A DNA stretch of 60,451 nt, counting the filler, from Jimgerdemannia flammicorona (lineage: Eukaryota), in assembly GCA_003990765.1 (NCBI GenBank). It is 3 parts of 3 records of this genome, joined end to end, with 100 filler letters (N's around TTAATTAATTAA, not from the genome) between each part and the next. Parts side by side here need not be neighbours in the genome. Positions count along the whole stretch, not along the records: positions 20,187 to 40,270 come from RBNJ01001766.1; 2 more parts are not named here. One strand, given 5' to 3'. This document shows positions 26,650-40,370 of the stretch, in pieces. The first letter of the stretch is position 1, and each line of letters opens with the position of its first letter. Below the pieces are notes generated by a model. That model was given only the letters and a program-made list of their open reading frames with translations, was not told the origin of the DNA and made no database searches. Made by a program: the position numbers and the translations under genes.

Positions 26650-28909
26650 TATCAAAAAAGAGTAATCTATATGTAATCAATAATATGTATATCAAGTGGT
26701 ACATTATCTGTATATTCTGCTATAATTAGAGAGAATCTCTAGTATATATAATATAAATACTTAAGATATATCAGTAAGATAAGCTTAAAATGGATAATAA
26801 GGAGTAAATCTGTATACAGATTACTGAACTATATACTATTAGACATTAGTTTTTATAATAGATATATGGTAAATAAGGCTTCTCAGTAATCTTTTTAGAA
26901 ATAGATAAAGTGAGTGACCAGTATTCTCAATATAATATATATAGATATCTACAGTCTTATATGAATGGTAACATACTTCAAAAAGAAGTATTTTATTACT
27001 TTCATTGATAATTATACTTGTAAAGTCTATATATACTTCCTTATAGTGAAGAATGAGATATTTAAAAAATTCTGAAAATTTAAGGTAACTGTAGAGAATA
27101 AAATAGAATGTAAGATACAGACCTTATGCTCAGATATATAATAGTAAGAAATATGTCAACAAAGCCTTCAGATACTTGTTGAAGAAGTACAGTATCTAAT
27201 ACTCTATAACAGCCCTATATATATCTGAGCAGAATGGTGTGATAGAGTACTTCAATCAAATAATAGTAAAGATAACTTAAATAATAATAAATATGACCAG
27301 CTTACCATACTCCTTCTGAGCTAAAGTGGTAAATATAGTAGTGTATACCCAAAATTATTATATTTCTTGAGCTCTAAGTAAAGACTCCAGTGGATCCAGC
27401 AGATCTAATAATAATCAATAATCTAGAAATAACAGTGATCTTACCTCTGAAGAATTATAGAGTAGATCTAAGTCAGATATTTCATACCTACAGATATTTG
27501 GAAATAAGGCTTATATCTTGGATAAAAGTAACAATAGAGGCAAATTCAAGCCTAAAGCTGATATATATATATTTCTTGGATATGACAGAGTGATATATAG
27601 ATTATAGAACCTACAAAAACATTATATTATCATCTTGTATAATATTCAATTCAAGGAAACTAAGCAGGAAATTCACATAGAATTTCTATCCCAATCAACC
27701 CAATAGTATAGTCAATAACAACTATATTAACTTCAAAGACAAGCAGAATGATATCTATACTAGTACTAGTACAACTCATATCCATGCCAATGAGGCTATT
27801 AGAGTCGAGAAATATGTAAATTACAAATGAGAATAATAATGAGAATACCTCTCCAAAAGGTAAGAAAAAATATAAATCTAGATTATATAACAAGATAGAA
27901 GTAGATTTAGGAGATTATTGGGATTAGCCTGAAGAATCCTATCATAATAGTAAATGTTATGTGAACTTGCTTATAAGTGTGCTTATATTGTAATAACTGA
28001 TGAACTAGTAAACTATGATAAAGTCATATATTTGGATAATAAGAAAGAATAGAAAAAGACTATAGATGAGAAATATAATTCACTCATCAAGATTACTTTA
28101 CTTAGAATGCTTCTTATGATTAGAGTCAAATATGATGACAAAATTCACTAAATAGATATTAAGATAGTCTTCTTAAATAGTAATGTAGATATAGAGCTAT
28201 ATATATGTCAACTATAAGAATATAAACTATATGACAATAAGCAAAAGAAGCACATATATAAGTTATGTAAAGGTCTTTATAGCATCAAATAAGTGATAAG
28301 ACTGTGGAATTGAAAAATTAACAAATATCTCTTGAGTAATAGATTTAAGCATTACAAGACTAATATATATATATCTGATATATCTCCTCAGGAATAGTAT
28401 ATCTAGAAATTTGGGTCAATGATATTATTCTAATCAGAACAGTAAGTGAGATTAATAATATAAAGGTAATACTATACTAGGAGTTCAAGATGACAGATAT
28501 GAGTAATATATCCTATCTTCTTAGAATATTAATTATATAATAGGTATGAGTATACTATATATCTATTACAAGCCACATATATTTAGACTATACTCAAATA
28601 ATTTGGCATAAGCAAATGTAAATCTGTTGGAAGACATCTATGAGGTTAAAGAAGTCCAATACTATATCTAAAGACAATGATATCACTTATTGATAAGCTG
28701 TGAGATCCCTCATATATCTTATGCTTAGGATGAGATCTAATATATCATATATAGTCAAGAAAGTAGTATAGTACTCATTCTGTTATGAAAATTTACATTA
28801 GATGGCAATTAAGTACATCTTTAGATATATTAAAGATATAGTATACTATGTACTATACTTAAGCAATGATAATAGATCAAGCAGGAGTACTATAAGATTA
28901 TTTGGTATA
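26650..28909 (+). mobile_element. Heavily mutated Ty1/Copia relic (integrase then RT)
   Basis: Decayed motifs: TAPY..EQNGV.E near 27210, IDIKIVFLN (MDVKTAFLN) near 28152, KGLYSIK...LWN near 28270, WVNDI near 28412, AVRSLIYLML near 28697. Integrase precedes RT. Confidence 0.8.
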
Positions 28910-31900
28910 TATAATGGTTCTAGTTTCTTTAAGAGGAAGTAGCTTAATCTGGAAGTTCTAGTTGGCCTAAAGTAGCTCAAAGAGATACTTAAAGGTTCAA
29001 GTATTCTTGAAGAATTTCTAAGAGAAAATATTCTGAGCTTTATTTAGGTTGAGAACAAGAATATTTATATATAGTCTAAAAGAAAGATCTAGCAGGATCT
29101 TGAAAAGAAAGAGAAATATCAAGAAATAGGTTCTTAGCAAATATGACTAATATAGTTCTACAATGTTCCAAAAGGTTCTATAACTAGCTAAGATAAGATA
29201 CTTGGTACCAAGGAAAGACAAGAGTATTCTAGTAGTGTCTGGGTGCTAAGAGAAGGTTTCTAAGCAAGTAGAAGGTAGCAGAACATAGTAGAATGTTTAA
29301 GAAATGACAAGAAAAGACTAACTAAAAGATGCAAAAATATATTAAGACTAAATATAACTGTGAAATTATTACATTTCTCTCTTCTTAAGAACCAATATTC
29401 TTATTGAGTTCTTAGATAATACAAGACTAGATATACTTAACCAAAATTTCTCAAACTTATATCAGTATATTGGCAGAGATTGGCTATTCTTATATAGAGC
29501 AAGAGGGCCTATTATCAGACTAACTAACTAGGAGGGGTTTAAACCTAGCTAGTAGTTTTATTTTGGTGAACTTCTTGTTTATTAAATGTTCTACTGATTT
29601 CAGAGTCCCAAAGTAAACTTCTGATGGATAAGGCACTGGTCATTATTATAGGTTATCAATAATCTAAGAAAGTCACTATAGGAATTGGACAATATATTTT
29701 GCCTTGAAGTCTTGAACTAGATCTTAAGAGTTCTTAAAGTTGACCAGTGGTTTTCAGTAGTATTATATTTAGGATAGCCCATCCACTTGACTAGGTATTC
29801 AGGACAGTAGTAGCAGATTTGTTTGTTGAGGATTTTCTCAGCTTCATACTCAATATGGTCTTTAATTATTACAAGGGTAGATGGCTTAGGAATTCAACCA
29901 GAGTAGGGCAGTAACTAGTTTCAGGTCTTAAGATGTGATATATGAAAGACTGGGTGTACTCCTATGGTTTCAGATAGCTTGAGGTAGTAAGAGGATACAG
30001 AGACTTGTTCAGTAATCTCAAAAGGTCCAATATACTTAGGTTGGAACTTGTTTGAAGGGTAGTTGACTTGAGATTATATCTTGAGGTTCTCAGTAGACAG
30101 TAGGACTTGATCTCTAACAATATAAGTAACATTACAGCATTTCTTATCAGTATACTTGGCTTGATGCTATTGAGCCTTCTGAAGATTCATAGTAGTAATC
30201 TTGAGTAGTTCATCCATTTTGTCTATAAGACTCTTGGTAGTAAGGACTTATATTTAACTGCTTTTCTTGAAAGGGAATAGACTTGTAGGGGTCTTGGAAT
30301 CTTGACTATAGAGTAATCAGAAAGGGAAAAGATCAGTAGATAATTGGATAGCATTATTGTATACAAACTCTGTATAAGTCAAGTAGTAGTCTCAATCATC
30401 TTGCTTATAAGAAACATAGTTTCTAAGTATTTGTTCTAGAGTTCTGTTCATGCACTTGGTTTGTCTATCAGTTTGTAGATAGAAGGCAGTAGATATAGCC
30501 AATTGAGTTCCCAGGGTCTTGAAGAGAGTTTGTCAGAAGTAACTAGTAAACTTGGGGTCACAATTACTGACAATCACTCATAATAGGCCATAGTGATAGA
30601 AGATAGACTTGAAGAAGATTCTTATAATCTCAGGTATAGTAGTATTAGTGGTAGTTGGTTCAGCAACCATAGTCTTGATCAGACAGTCAATAAATATAAT
30701 AATAGTATTAGCACCAGATTGAGTTCATGATAGTTGAGTTATAAAGTCTATGATAACTTACTTGAATTTCTTAGTGAGAATTGGCAGTGGTTGTAGCAAA
30801 CCAACTAGCACTTGGTTGGTAGACTTATTGTGCTGGTATATATCATAGCTAGTAACATAGTTCTTGATTTTCTTGATCATATTTGACCAATAGTAGCAGT
30901 ATTGGATGTTCTTAACAGTCTTCTCAATTCCAAGGTGACCAGTAAGAGGGGAGTCATAGTGTTCTTGCAAAACCTTGTAATGTAGATTCATATTTTTAGG
31001 TAGATAGACTTGGTCTTGATAATAGATCAAGTTATTCTTGACAGTATATATATCTTTGAGCTTGTTCAAAAAAACTCTAGTGGTGACTATGTCTTCTTTA
31101 TAAGCTTGCCTAATTTGGTCTAGAAATTCTGATACCAAAATAACTTATATGATTGTAGTGAGGTCAAGGTGTCTTGATAAGACATCTGGTACTATAAGTG
31201 TCTTGCCAGACTTGTAGATAATTGTTGGATTAAAGGTTTGAAGCTTGAGACTCTACTTGGCTTGTAGACATAACAGAGTAGATTGGATGTTGATGTACTT
31301 GAGAGATTGATAGTCAGTAATGATATCAAACTCAATACCTTTTAGGTAGTATTGCCAGTAATCTAGTGTATATATTATTGCCAGTAGTTCCTTCTTATGA
31401 GTGGCTAGCTTCTGTTTGGCTGGAGCCAACTTGCAGGACTCAAAAGTAATAAGATAGTATCCTTTGTCATTATCTTGTGATAGAACTGCTCTAATGATAA
31501 AATTCAATACATTAGTAGTGATCATGAATTTTAGGCCTTGATCTACATTATTCAGGACTAGAGCATGGGTCAGGTAGTTCTTGAGTTCTTGAAAAGCTTG
31601 TTGACAGAAGAGGTCTCAGGTATAGGGTACATAGTGGTCTGAGTGTGGGATCTTTCTCATGAGATTAGTCAGTGGCTTAGCAATGCCAGAGAAGTTTCTA
31701 ACAAAGTAGTAGTAATAGTCAGCTAGACTAAGAAAGGATCAGAGTTCTGTGAAGTTCAATAAAATGGGCCATTCTTCAATTGCTTCTATCTTATGTATGT
31801 AGGTCTACTTGAATTTCTTATATAGAGACAATATGGCTAAGGTATTTAAATTGTTTCTTGAAAAATTCACACTTCTTGAGCTTAGCATAAAGCTTGTGTT

Positions 31901-34900
31901 TTCATAGGATCTCTAGGACTATTTGAATGTATTTGAGGTGTTCCTCTTTAGTTGTACTAAAGATCAGGATGTTGTCAAGATATACCAATAGAAAAATAAA
32001 TAGTTGGTCCTTGAATATCTCATTCATCAGAGTCTAGAATGTGGCAGGTGTATTAGTGAGACTAAATACTAAGACCAGGAATTCATAGAGTCCAAAGAAG
32101 GTCATGAATACAGTCTTGGGGATATCTTCTGGCTTGATTCAGATCTGATAGTATTCTGACATGAGGTCTAACTTAGTGAAGTACTTGGTATTCTTAAGAG
32201 TATCAAAGATTTGATCAATCAAGAGTAGCAGATAGTGGTTCTTAACAGTAAGCTTGTTGAGTACATAATAGTCTATGCATATTCACAGGGTACTATCCTT
32301 TTTCTTGATGAATAAGACTGATAAGCCATAAGGAGATTTGCTTGGCTAAATAGCTTCTCATGTAAGTAGTTTTTCTAGTTCCTTCTTGACTGCTTCAATT
32401 TCAAGTAGTAATATACAGTATATGTATTTCTTGAGTGGTATAGTTCCTGGGATCAGTTCAATTTCATAATCAACTTCTCATATAGGTAGTAGATCAGGTA
32501 GCTTGTCTGGAAAGATATCCTTGAATTCTTCTAGCAGTAACTTGATACTTTTATTGACTAATAGTCTCTTGTCTTATTTCTTGAGGCAGACCATTATAAT
32601 AAAGATATATATTGTCTTCTTGAGCACTCTCTTATACTATATGACTGATAGTATTATAATCTGGGTCTTGCTCATGGTCTTGTCTGTCTTGATAGTGATG
32701 TTGGCTCTATCTTAAAGTAAGGTGACTTTATTCTTATATCAATTGATGTCTGGGTTGTGTTTTATAAGCCAGGGTTTTCCTAGGATCAGATTATGATCTC
32801 CTAGTGATACAATCTCAAAGTCTACTCATTCTCAATATTTCTAGATCTTAATGAGTAGTTTAGCAGCAATTGACTTAATGGGGTACAGTATACTATCTAT
32901 AGTGACTATACTGTTATTTTGGATATAAGCTTAGTGAGGATCTTGAGGCTTTCAATGAGATTCTGATTGATGAAGTTTCCTATAGCTCTACTGTCTATGA
33001 GTATTTGAACATCTTTTCCTTTGACTAGGTCTTTGAAAATAAGCATAGCTTAAGTTTGATTTTTAGTAAGACTTGCTACTTGATCAGTACTACCAAAATC
33101 TTTTTGATCTCATTTGGTTTTGAAAGTTCTTAGACTTCTGTAATCTTGAGTTGACTGGCTTTTTTTAGGATTATTTGTGCAACTTAGTCTCCTTCCTTGA
33201 CTGTATAGTTTTGATTCTTCTAGTTGATAAGCAGAACTTAAACTTGTCCTTGAAAGTCTGAGTTAATAATACTAGCATCTACATCTAAATAATGTTTGAT
33301 ACTGAGTTCTGATTATAGTGCAATTCTGGCATAATGTCCTTCAGGATATTGAACTGCAATTCCAGTAGGCACCAGAGTTTGGCCCTTAGCTGAAATAGTG
33401 ACTTATTTGACAGAGTGTAGGTTAAGACCAATAGCTCCTTCTGTTTGATATTGAGAGACCTGGGCCTTCAGGTGAAGCTTCTTGATCTTGAGCTTGGATT
33501 GACTAGTAGTAGGGTTGACAGATATATCTTTGGACAATATGGTAACTGGTCTAGAAGGTTTGCTAGTCTTCTTAGGATATTTAATTATAATATGTCCTAT
33601 TTGGTAACAGAAGAAACAGGCTCTAGATTTCTTCAGACAGTTCTTTTCTTCAGAGGTAAGCTTAGTGTTCTTTTTATTTATAGTATCTAAGTCTATTGGT
33701 ACTGGGCCAACTGTCCTTGGTTGGTTTCTGTAGTGGTTCTTGAAGTAGTTCTTCTTGCAGTATTCTGGTTTAAAGCAGTTATCAAAGATGATAATATCAA
33801 ACCTATCAGTGATCCTCATAGCTTCATTAAGACTTTGTGGCTCTTCTAGCTCAATCTTGACTTGTATGTTTCCTTTCAGATCTCAGATATAGCAGTCTAT
33901 CTTTTTATTCTCTATTATTACTGATAGTTCAAGTAGAATTGATAGGAATTGTATATTATAGTTTTATATAGACTTGAGTTACTTGATATTTACTAGCTTA
34001 TCTCTGACTAGCTTAGTAGTATTAGCAGGCTTGAACTGCCTATGAAAAGCTCTCTTGAAAGCTTCTCAATCCTTGATTTATATATATAAGTATATAAATA
34101 TAGTCATAATATGATTGTGCTACCAAATGGCTGCATTCTCTCAGAGAAGTGTGGCAGCAAATTAGACTTGCATATCTTCTTCCATTCTTGTGAGCTCAAA
34201 GTATTAGTCTAATTGGAAGATTCATATATCTGTAGATAGTCCTTCTTAGTGACTATCAAAGACATCTGGCTTGAGTGGCTTAAAACTAACTAGTACTATA
34301 GCAGAATATGATGTACTTATAGTTCTTGTTTTCTGCTGTTCTAGTTATACTTGAAGTACTTGGATTTGGTAAGCCATAATAACAATCATATTCTCTATAT
34401 TGGCTTGTGGTTCTCCTGCTTCTCCAGAGAGGTCTGGCTAGTAGGTTGACTCTTCATAGCTCATTTTAGGTTCATGTGACTAGTTGTGACTGATTTTTGA
34501 ATTTGTATGAGGTTTCTTAATAAGATAAGATATAATGATACTACTGCTACTAAGTATAATAGTTCTAGTTTTTTTAAGAGGAAGCAGCTTAATCTAGAAG
34601 TTCTAATTGATCTAAAGTAGCTTGAAGAGATACTTAAAGATTCAAGTATTCTCAAAGAATTTCTGAGAGAAAATATTCTGAGCTTTATTTAGATAAAGAG
34701 TAAGGATATTTATATATGGTCTGAAAGAAAGATCCAGAAGGATCTTGGAAAGAAAGAGAAATACCAAGAAATAGGTTCTTGATAAAGATGATTAATATGG
34801 TTCTACAATGTTCCAAAAAGGTCTTTAACTAGCTAAGATAAGATGCTTGGCACCAAGAAAGATAAGAGTATTCTAGTAGTATCTAGATGCTGAGAGAAGA

Positions 34901-35017
34901 TTTCTAAGTAAGTAAAAGATAGTAGAACATAACAGAATATTCAAGAAATGATAAAAAAAGACTAACTAAAAGATACAAAAATGTACTAAGACTAAATATA
35001 ACTGTGAAATTATTACA
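28910..35017 (-). mobile_element. Chromovirus-type Ty3/Gypsy (family D), full length but degenerate
   Basis: LTRs 28910-29373 and 34555-35017; minus-strand PPT AAGAAGAGAGAAA next to 29373; gag knuckle CFFCYQIGH, protease LIDS(R)A, RT YLDNILI, RNase H and integrase in one frame, chromodomain EYEAEKIL...EYLVKWMGYP at ~29700-29855. No clear TSD. Confidence 0.92.
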
Positions 35018-36183
35018 ATAGTGCTAAGTGACTTGGAATTATCTAGTTCTCAGAGATTAGATCAAAAGTTCAGGTATCTGAGTTTGTTCTGAGATCTAGT
35101 GGATTTGATCTTCTTAGTCTATGAGTCCTTGGAAAATTCCTAGATATACTATTTCTTATTGACTATTATCAGACTGATATTCTGCAGAATCTTCATCTGA
35201 ATCTCTTTCTTAATAAGATAGTACATCCTTATACTAGCTGGGCCTTTCAAAAAGGATCTCAGTATCTAATTAAATAGATAGGTCTACTTCTTGATTAAAT
35301 ATTTGAGATAGGTGATCTAATTACTCATTCTAATATCTTATAATAGTATTGATATAATATATAGCTAACCAATAGTAGAGAGATGTTCAGATAAAGATAT
35401 AGTAATATGTATATTAGATACAATCTACTCATTAGTATAGTAGAAAAGACTGCTGAGATATATATATTATAGAAATTTCTAAATAGCTACAGTAGTGAAT
35501 TCTAGAGTCTTAATAGTCCCAGTATAATTATAAATAAAAGTATTGAACCTGTAGTAGTTACTTGTATTTTTAAGATCTAAGTAGTAGTTTCTGAAGACCT
35601 TATATAGGTCTTAGTATATTTAATTAATCAGTTGCTGATATAGTCTTTGATCTATATTGTCATAGTACTATCTAGATCTAGTAGCTATTACTAGATTAGC
35701 TCTAGATAGTAGATCTGTTCTTTGATTATCTATGGTTGGTTCTGGGGTTACTTTTGTCTAAGATTGGTCTACTTTACAGAAGTGTATTCTTAATATTATC
35801 TTGGCTTAATAAGTTATTGCTATAGTAACTTCCAAAACTAGTCCAATGTTTCATTATTTTTTACTTTTTATTATTTTAAAAATAGAAAAAAAAAATAGAA
35901 AAAATATGAAACTAAAGTATATTGTAGCCTTATATCAGAAGTTTCCATAGATAATAATTTTGTTATATTTGGTATTATTTTTGCTATTGAAAATAATTTT
36001 TAAAAAAGTCCATACATTGGATGAGTTTTGGAATAACTATCTCAATAAACATATTTTTGTATTACAGATCATCAAAAAATTGCTGTATAAGCTAGAAATT
36101 TTACATGTTTATTCTCTTAACCCCTCTCTATATGTTTATTTTTTTTTTTTTTTTTTTATTTCTTTTTTTATTTTAAAAAAAAA

Positions 36184-37758
36184 ATGAGAAAAATCTTATT
36201 GGATACTTAAAAAAACATCATTGCTCTGCTAAACTCAGGCATGATGATACATTAAATTGCCAAACAGACTGGTGTTAGCAAGACAACTATAATCTGTATT
36301 AAAAAGGAGCATTGCTCTACTATGTCATTGAAAGGAGATCATCCAAAAATATTCTCAGATTGTGACAAATTATAGATTGTTCACCAGGTAACTGGTGGTA
36401 ATGCCAATATAGCCCTTGAGGTTGCAAAACTACTCTAAGAAGATGGCCAAGCAAAAGCCAGTACTCAAATAGTACATTATACTCTGAAGGAAGCTGGTTT
36501 GAAGACTACTATAAAATAAAAGAAACTCCTACTTTTCTACTAGTACATAAAAGCTCAATATGAATTCATATACAAGTATAAAGAGGAGCTCCTTTCTCTG
36601 CTACCTTACTGGTCACAAGGTTTGGTAGGCGACCTTCCGAGTCCCCTTTCCCCTAATATTACCCCTTCTATCTCGGGTTAGTTTGCTGTGCCTGCAGGGG
36701 CATGGTGGAAGGAGGGCAATGGTGATGAGTTGCCCCTTTATCGGTATCGGATTGGTGCTTCCTCTACTTTTTTGCGGATTCTGGTGCCTTCAGCTGCATC
36801 TGGGGTATACCCATTTTGGTGCAGCGCCTTCTTCCTTTTGCTGTCATCAACAAGGAGTTGTCTCGGTATGTCTCAGGCTACATAGGGAGTCGGCCGACCT
36901 TGGGCGTCAAGTGCTCAGTATAGGTTATCTGCAGGTTCTCAGTGCCTGTAGTGGGGCCCTCTGGCTTTGGTGAGCTTCCCGGCAAGCATGGTTCTGGCGT
37001 AGGTGACTGCTTTTCAGGTGTTGTCGGGATGGGAGGGGAGATGGCCATCACAGATAGGCAGAAGAGTGATTACAGTGAACCAGTAGAGTGCCAGGCTGGG
37101 GGCAGTCATTGGGGCTGGAGCAGGTGCTGCTTCGGTGGGGCCTTTTGATTGGTGCAGTGCAGTTAGGTAGTAGGTGTCACTATCGGCTTCTTTTGGTGAT
37201 CAGTTGGGTTGGGCCCCAGTTGTCAGGGGGGGGTCAGGAGGCCCGAGGCTACCTATTTCAGGCATCTTGGCTGCACTTAACTGGAACTGGGAGCTGACAT
37301 GGCAATGTGATCAAGGCCCACAGGCTTGAGTAGTGGGGTATTGGGGGTTTCCTCTCACCTCACGTGTAAGTTCTTTACTCACCTCAACTGAGAGAACCAG
37401 GCCCTACCCACCGTGTTGTGCTTTGATGAGGGTTTTTTCTTTGTCTGTCATTCTCTTTGGGGTGGCAGGGGCTATTCTATTCAGCTCAGGCATGGCCTTG
37501 TACATATGTTGGGTTCTCGGGCATGTGCTTTCGGTCGTTGGTATATGGTTGGGTTTCCCCTGGTGGTAGAGAGAGCATGGTGCGCAGAATGAGGTGCAGG
37601 CTTATTAGCCCTACTGTGCCTGGCATGGTCGAGCTACTGGACAATAGCTAGCCTAGGTTAATGGGGGGGCAGTGCTTGGTGGGTGGTGGGGGAGGGTTTT
37701 GGCCTATATAGTCTAGGTTCCCTTCCAATAAAAATCCATGGGACATGAGTCTGTTAAA

Positions 37759-37804
<46 letters not shown>

Positions 37805-38426
37805 GTATAAAGAGTGGACCATTAATGATTGGAAGTGCATTATATTCTCTGATGAGATCAAAATCAACTGTTTTGGGTCCAACAGTCAATAATAGATATA
37901 GAAATATCAAGATGAACCATTGATAGCAAATTATGTAACACTGACTTTAAAGTTTGAGGATGGTTCCATTATGGTTTGAGGCTGCATAAATTACTATGGC
38001 ACCAGATACACATACAAGATTGAAGAAAAAATGAATGCCAAGCTTTACCAAAGTATCCTTGATGATAAATTAAAGAAATCAATCAAATATTTAAAGATCA
38101 ATCAAAAACAATTGATATTTCAACAAGACAATGACTCAAAGCATATATTGTATATAGCAACAAAATGGTTCAAGGATAACTGCATTCAACTTTTAGACTG
38201 GCTGGCATAGTTCCCAGATCTAAGCCCAATCGAGCACCTGTGGGTATATCTTAAAAGATAGCTCAATTTATATGAGGAACTGCTGAAGGATATACACAAG
38301 CTTTGGGAATGTGTAGAAGAAGAATGGAATGTGATTCCCAGCCAAATATGTAAGGATTTAATCAATGGTATACCAAGATATATTGGTATGGTGTATAAGG
38401 CAAAGGGAGACTATGTAAAGTATTAA
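36184..38426 (+). pseudogene. Tc1 transposase interrupted by a retro-insertion
   Basis: HTH (IAKQTGVSKTTI), IFSDE, FQQDND, PDLSPIEHLW; 34 residues between the second D and E. Confidence 0.9.
36586..37799 (+). mobile_element. Non-LTR retro-insertion (LINE 3' UTR or non-autonomous element) with poly(A) tail and 15-bp TSD
   Basis: TACAAGTATAAAGAG at 36571-36585 and 37800-37814; AATAAA near 37727; ~40 A. Confidence 0.93.
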
Positions 38427-39045
38427 TCAGTATATATTTAGTATTTTTTGAGATAGTTGTTCTAAAACTGGTCCAATGTGCAGATTTTTTTAAAAATTAT
38501 TTTCAATAGCAAAAACAATACCAAATATAACAAAATTATGATCTATGGAAACTTCTGATATAGGGCTATAATATACTTTAGTTTTATATTTTTTCTATTT
38601 TTTTTTTTCTATTTTTAAAATAATAAAAAGTAAAAAATAATAAAACATTAGACTGGTTTTGGAAGTCACTATATATACTAAGTTGTAATAACCCTCTTTT
38701 AATCTATCTCTTATCTGTAGATAATCAGAGTATTGTGGGAAATTAATTAGAAGCTTAGTATATAAGTATATCAAAAAGTCTTCAGTATAAGAAAGTACTC
38801 ACTTAAAAGTAGTTATAGTGATAATATTCTTTCTTTAATATGTAACTATAGCTATAAAGAATTTGTTCTTTATTTGTATACAGACTGAATTTACCTTAGA
38901 ACTCAGGTTCACTAAGAGGTTTTCTTAAGTCTTTAGATTTATATATCAGTCTTTAGTTCTGGCAGAAGTTAGCTAGGCTTCTGAAGTTTGATCAGAAACA
39001 CTAGAGTTACTTAGGTATTATTACTAAAACTCAGGAAAATATATA

Positions 39046-39610
39046 TGTGTGGAGGGGGGACATGATTCTTATATCAAGGACTGAACTAAAATTGCTTTAT
39101 TTTGGATGAGAATGCTGGGGGTATTTATACAAGTAGGCTAAGTAATGGTTTGTAATTTCTGACTAAGTATGAATGACTAATTTGGTCAGGTACCATTACT
39201 AAATGGATTGTTAGGTAAATATATTTCTGTGGTTACTGCAGCTGTTGCTGTGGTTACTATAGCACCGAGTGTTCAGGGATAAGCTGGATATCGTTTTCTG
39301 CATCGTTCGCGTCGTTCACGTCTCACTCCATATGCCACTCGTTCGTGACATCATCACCGTGACATAACCGGGTCACGTGATCACCTGGCAGCTCGCGCAT
39401 CCAGACAGGACGGTGGAGTGCGCGGAGTTCGTGAAGGAGTGGAGCAAGAGTGTGAGCGGAAGTGCGGCGAAGGGCAAAGTCGGTCATTGGGGTTTGGGTA
39501 ATTTTGAATGATGTATATATAAATACAGAGGGCTGGGATTTTCGTCTTATCTCGACAATACTTTCTGTTTGAAAAAGATTTTTTTGGTTCCGGGATCTGA
39601 GGGTTGCACA
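39046..39610 (-). repeat. Putative solo LTR (family C)
   Basis: TGTG...CACA ends; minus-strand CATTACTTAGCC..TTGTATAAATACCCC and AATAAA resemble the family B LTR core. Right boundary uncertain (flanks TATA vs TGCA). Confidence 0.5.
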
Positions 39611-40177
39611 TGCATTTACTTTTGTATTAGTCCCTTTGATTAAGAATATTGTTTATCAGCGAGGTATTTGTATCTCTGAGGATATAATACAGGGGTGCGT
39701 TTACAAGCTCTCGGACTAGGTATTGTTGCTGTGCAGTAAGCTATGTATAAGCGACGAACTATGCACCTTCGTGGACTCCCAAATGCCAACTACCACATCA
39801 AATGACGTCGCGTTTCATTCCGTTGGCCCCAGCTAATACAAACGCATGGGGCAGATTCTGTTCACGACGCTAACGAAGCTACCATCCGACGGCGCGAATG
39901 TCGAGGGAATCACGGTGGTCGTCTTTTTGTAATTGTATAAATGAGAAATGGAGTTCGTGAGTACGTGTCAAGGTAAATTGCGCCAACTTGGACAGAAGGG
40001 GTACGACTGGCACTGGACCGTCCCCGTGGAATACCTTGCCAAGTTCTTGTCTTGCCGTCTTGGGTTGTGTAAGTGAGAAACGGTGCCCCTTCCATCTGTG
40101 GGATTGGGGGGTTGTGAGTAAAACGGAACAGAAAAGAGAGATACAACTACCACTCGACCATCCCCGTGGAATACCTC

Positions 40178-40270
40178 GTCTTGTCGTCTTGCCGTCTTGC
40201 CGTCTTGCCGTCTTGCCGTCTTGCCGTCTTGCCGCTTTGCCGTCTTGCCGTCTTGCCGTCTTGCCGTCTT
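40178..40270 (+). repeat. 8-bp minisatellite (GTCTTGCC)n running to the contig end
   Basis: About 11 near-perfect units. Confidence 0.95.
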
Positions 40271-40370
40271 NNNNNNNNNNNNNNNNNNNNNNNNNNNNNN
40301 NNNNNNNNNNNNNNTTAATTAATTAANNNNNNNNNNNNNNNNNNNNNNNNNNNNNNNNNNNNNNNNNNNN
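40271..40370. other. Artificial contig spacer
   Basis: N44-TTAATTAATTAA-N44. Confidence 0.98.

Larger units (their letters stand above)
35823..38671 (+). mobile_element. Tc1 (DD34E) DNA transposon with ~220-bp TIRs and TA TSD
   Basis: TIRs ~35823-36045 and ~38445-38671; TA at 35821-22 and 38672-73. Confidence 0.93.

Noticed and set aside
40178..40270. Telomeric repeat
   Set aside because: Unit is unlike TTAGGG-type repeats and a local seed copy exists upstream; contig break at a repeat explains the position.
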